Source: Verrucomicrobiota bacterium (GTDB taxonomy: Bacteria > Verrucomicrobiota > Verrucomicrobiia > Limisphaerales > SXQI01). Taken from it: 37,801 bases of DNA. The number at the start of each line of letters is the position of its first letter. Within the stretch, counting starts at the first letter, position 1. Below the pieces are notes generated by a model that ran no database searches, was not told the origin of the DNA, and saw only the letters and a program-made list of their open reading frames with translations. The position numbers and the translations under genes are program-made. The stretch spans positions 1-37,801 of the forward strand of contig JANRLX010000009.1 of NCBI GenBank assembly GCA_033762115.1, read 5' to 3'. Of this stretch, positions 35,972 to 37,801 are shown in pieces.

Positions 35972-37504
35972 ATGGTTCTATCGTCAGGACGGCAAGTTTA
36001 CATGACCGCAGCCCTGTTCCTGGGTTTGTGGGCCGTTCTGGTTCTGCAACTTAGCAGTGATTGGAAAGCTTATCCACAATACAGCTACGGTTGGAGCGTC
36101 CCTTTACTGACACTTTACCTGCTCTATCGAAGATGGCAAAGCCGTCCAGAACCGCAACCTCCAAGAGCCAAAGGGACGGCCTTGCGCATTTCTGTCGCGT
36201 TGCTCGCCTTGGGATATTTGCCAACCCGCCTGATCCAGGAGGCGAACCCGGATTGGCGGATGGTCAGCTGGGCTTTGACCATTGAGGTGGTGGGTTTGTC
36301 ATTGGCCGCTGTCTACTACATGGGAGGCAAGCCATGGGTACGGCATTTCATCTTTCCCATCGCTTTCATTGCGGTGGCTGTTCCCTGGTCTCGTCCCGCA
36401 GAAGAAAAAATCATCAACGGCTTAATGGTCGCAGTTGCCAGTTGTACCGTGGAAGGCTTGCTCTGGTGCCAGGTGCCTGCGTTCCGACAAGGAAATCTTA
36501 TCGAAATCAGCAGTGGTTTGGTGGGAATCGATGAGGCTTGCAGCGGCATCCGCTCTTTGCAAGCCACTTTGATGGGAGCGCTGTTCCTGGGGGAGATTTA
36601 CCGTTTTACCTGGAAAAGACGGGCGCTGTTACTGGCCCTTGGAGTGTTCCTCGCTTTTATCCTGAATATCGTCAGAGCATGGGTCCTGTCGTGGATTGCG
36701 GCCCGTGAAGGGGTCAAGGCAATGGGACAATGGCATGATCCCGCAGGCCTGATGATTTTCGGCGGTACAGTCCTCGGATTGTTTATTTTTACTGTCCTGC
36801 TCGCTGGACGAATTCCAAAGAAAGAGAGTGTCACAAAAGGCTTCCCCGCTCGATTTATTCCGCAGTATGCCCTGACAGGACTGCTCATTTGGTACGCGGT
36901 TGCTGAATTTGGAACTCGAGGCTGGTATGCCTGGAATGAAACCAGGTTTGATCGAAACCAGCTTTGGAAAGTGAACTGGCCGGAAGGAAAGGATTCACTT
37001 CGTGAGATCATCATTACCGAACCGATCAAGGAAACGCTTGGGTTTGATTCCGGCAAGGGAATGGAATGGTTGGAATCAGATGGGACGAAATGGTCTATGT
37101 TCTCATTTCGCTGGGAGGATGAAAACCCCTCCATAAAAGGGATCAAATATCATAAGCCAGACATTTGTTTTCCGTCCGCCGGAAGAAAGCTGGAAAAGGA
37201 TTTAGGATTTCTATCGTTTTCCATTGATGGCCAGCAGATTCCGGGACGTCTCTATTTATTCCGCCAATCGGGTCGTCCAATTTATGTTTTTTACGGTCTT
37301 AGTGAAGAGGTCAGTTCCGGAGGAAACCCGCTTTCAATGGAGGTGGGGACACGCCGCAGCATGATGACCAGAGTCCTCGAGGGGAAAAAAGGCTACTTTG
37401 CCCAGCAAATTATTGAGGTGTTTATCTCTGGACTGGAAAAAGAAGAGGATGTGCGTCAAAGGCTGGCCAATTTCCTGGCTGAAGTGATTCGGCCACTGGA
37501 TTAA
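35972..37504 (+). CDS. Exosortase (EpsH/Xrt family) fused to an EpsI-like C-terminal domain
   Basis: YSYGWSVP, AVPW, REG-like RQGNLI, catalytic triad EACSGIRSL / NIVR / WHD, and EpsI-like HKPDICFPSAG. Alternative start at 36002. Confidence 0.9.
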   Translation: MVLSSGRQVYMTAALFLGLWAVLVLQLSSDWKAYPQYSYGWSVPLLTLYLLYRRWQSRPEPQPPRAKGTALRISVALLALGYLPTRLIQEANPDWRMVSWALTIEVVGLSLAAVYYMGGKPWVRHFIFPIAFIAVAVPWSRPAEEKIINGLMVAVASCTVEGLLWCQVPAFRQGNLIEISSGLVGIDEACSGIRSLQATLMGALFLGEIYRFTWKRRALLLALGVFLAFILNIVRAWVLSWIAAREGVKAMGQWHDPAGLMIFGGTVLGLFIFTVLLAGRIPKKESVTKGFPARFIPQYALTGLLIWYAVAEFGTRGWYAWNETRFDRNQLWKVNWPEGKDSLREIIITEPIKETLGFDSGKGMEWLESDGTKWSMFSFRWEDENPSIKGIKYHKPDICFPSAGRKLEKDLGFLSFSIDGQQIPGRLYLFRQSGRPIYVFYGLSEEVSSGGNPLSMEVGTRRSMMTRVLEGKKGYFAQQIIEVFISGLEKEEDVRQRLANFLAEVIRPLD

Positions 37505-37654
37505 AAACTTGAAACGGTTTTATCCGGGGTTTGTCAAAGAAGCATTGAACAAGACAGGACAACTCTCTGAGTGGCATGATTTAGCGTTTGATTCCAGGGA
37601 CATCCTCATTACTCTCGCGTAGGTCAATCATTTATCTGTGCATCACATTTATTT

Positions 37655-37801
37655 ATGGTAAAGGCATGGCAGAGTTGGCGCCTCTGGATTTTACTGGCTC
37701 TCCTTTGCGCTCACCTGCCCGGGAGCAAAGCCGCCATGCAGTTCGATGTTTTCTTCGGCTACGATGGTGTGGTCAGAGAAAATGCATGGTTTCCTATTTC
37801 A
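37655..37801 (+). CDS. Partial (5' end) exported hypothetical protein
   Basis: MVKAWQSWRLWILLALLCAHLPGSKA|AMQFDVFFGYDGVVRENAWFPIS, open to the window end, with a signal-peptide-like start. Confidence 0.6.
   Translation, partial: MVKAWQSWRLWILLALLCAHLPGSKAAMQFDVFFGYDGVVRENAWFPIS

Noticed and set aside
37572..37586. Possible sigma-54 promoter TGGCATGATTTAGC
   Set aside because: Spacing is GG-N9-GC rather than the required GG-N10-GC.
1..37801. CRISPR arrays, IS elements, prophage, defence or toxin-antitoxin genes
   Set aside because: No spaced direct repeats, transposase, integrase or phage-like ORFs were seen. The inverted repeats found are single, unrelated hairpins.

Overview
A 37.8 kb, roughly 50% GC chromosomal window made up mostly of core genes. 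It most likely comes from a Verrucomicrobiota bacterium (inference from the PVC-type heme-binding protein, the style of the prepilin-like genes and the exosortase). Housekeeping genes include waaA, tRNA-Pro(TGG), yqgE, uvrB, glnE, pyrE, a UbiD decarboxylase, rlmI and leuD. There is also a five-gene deoxy-amino-sugar/GT-C glycosylation cluster, two type IV pilin-like genes, several secreted repeat proteins and an exosortase-EpsI fusion with a divergent TPR/anti-sigma pair. I saw no integrase, transposase, CRISPR array or prophage. The most notable observations are: (1) a sigma-54 promoter followed by a 90-nt leader with interlocking helices ahead of the first pilin; (2) an IscS-like protein whose PLP-binding Lys is replaced by Arg (CGT codon), directly downstream of a class I aldolase; (3) an unannotated 39-aa lipoprotein after tRNA-Pro; (4) a Tat-exported metallophosphoesterase broken by two frameshifts; (5) repeated leaderless-type promoters; (6) a plant-like LeuD. 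All calls come from reading motifs by eye, with no database searches run.
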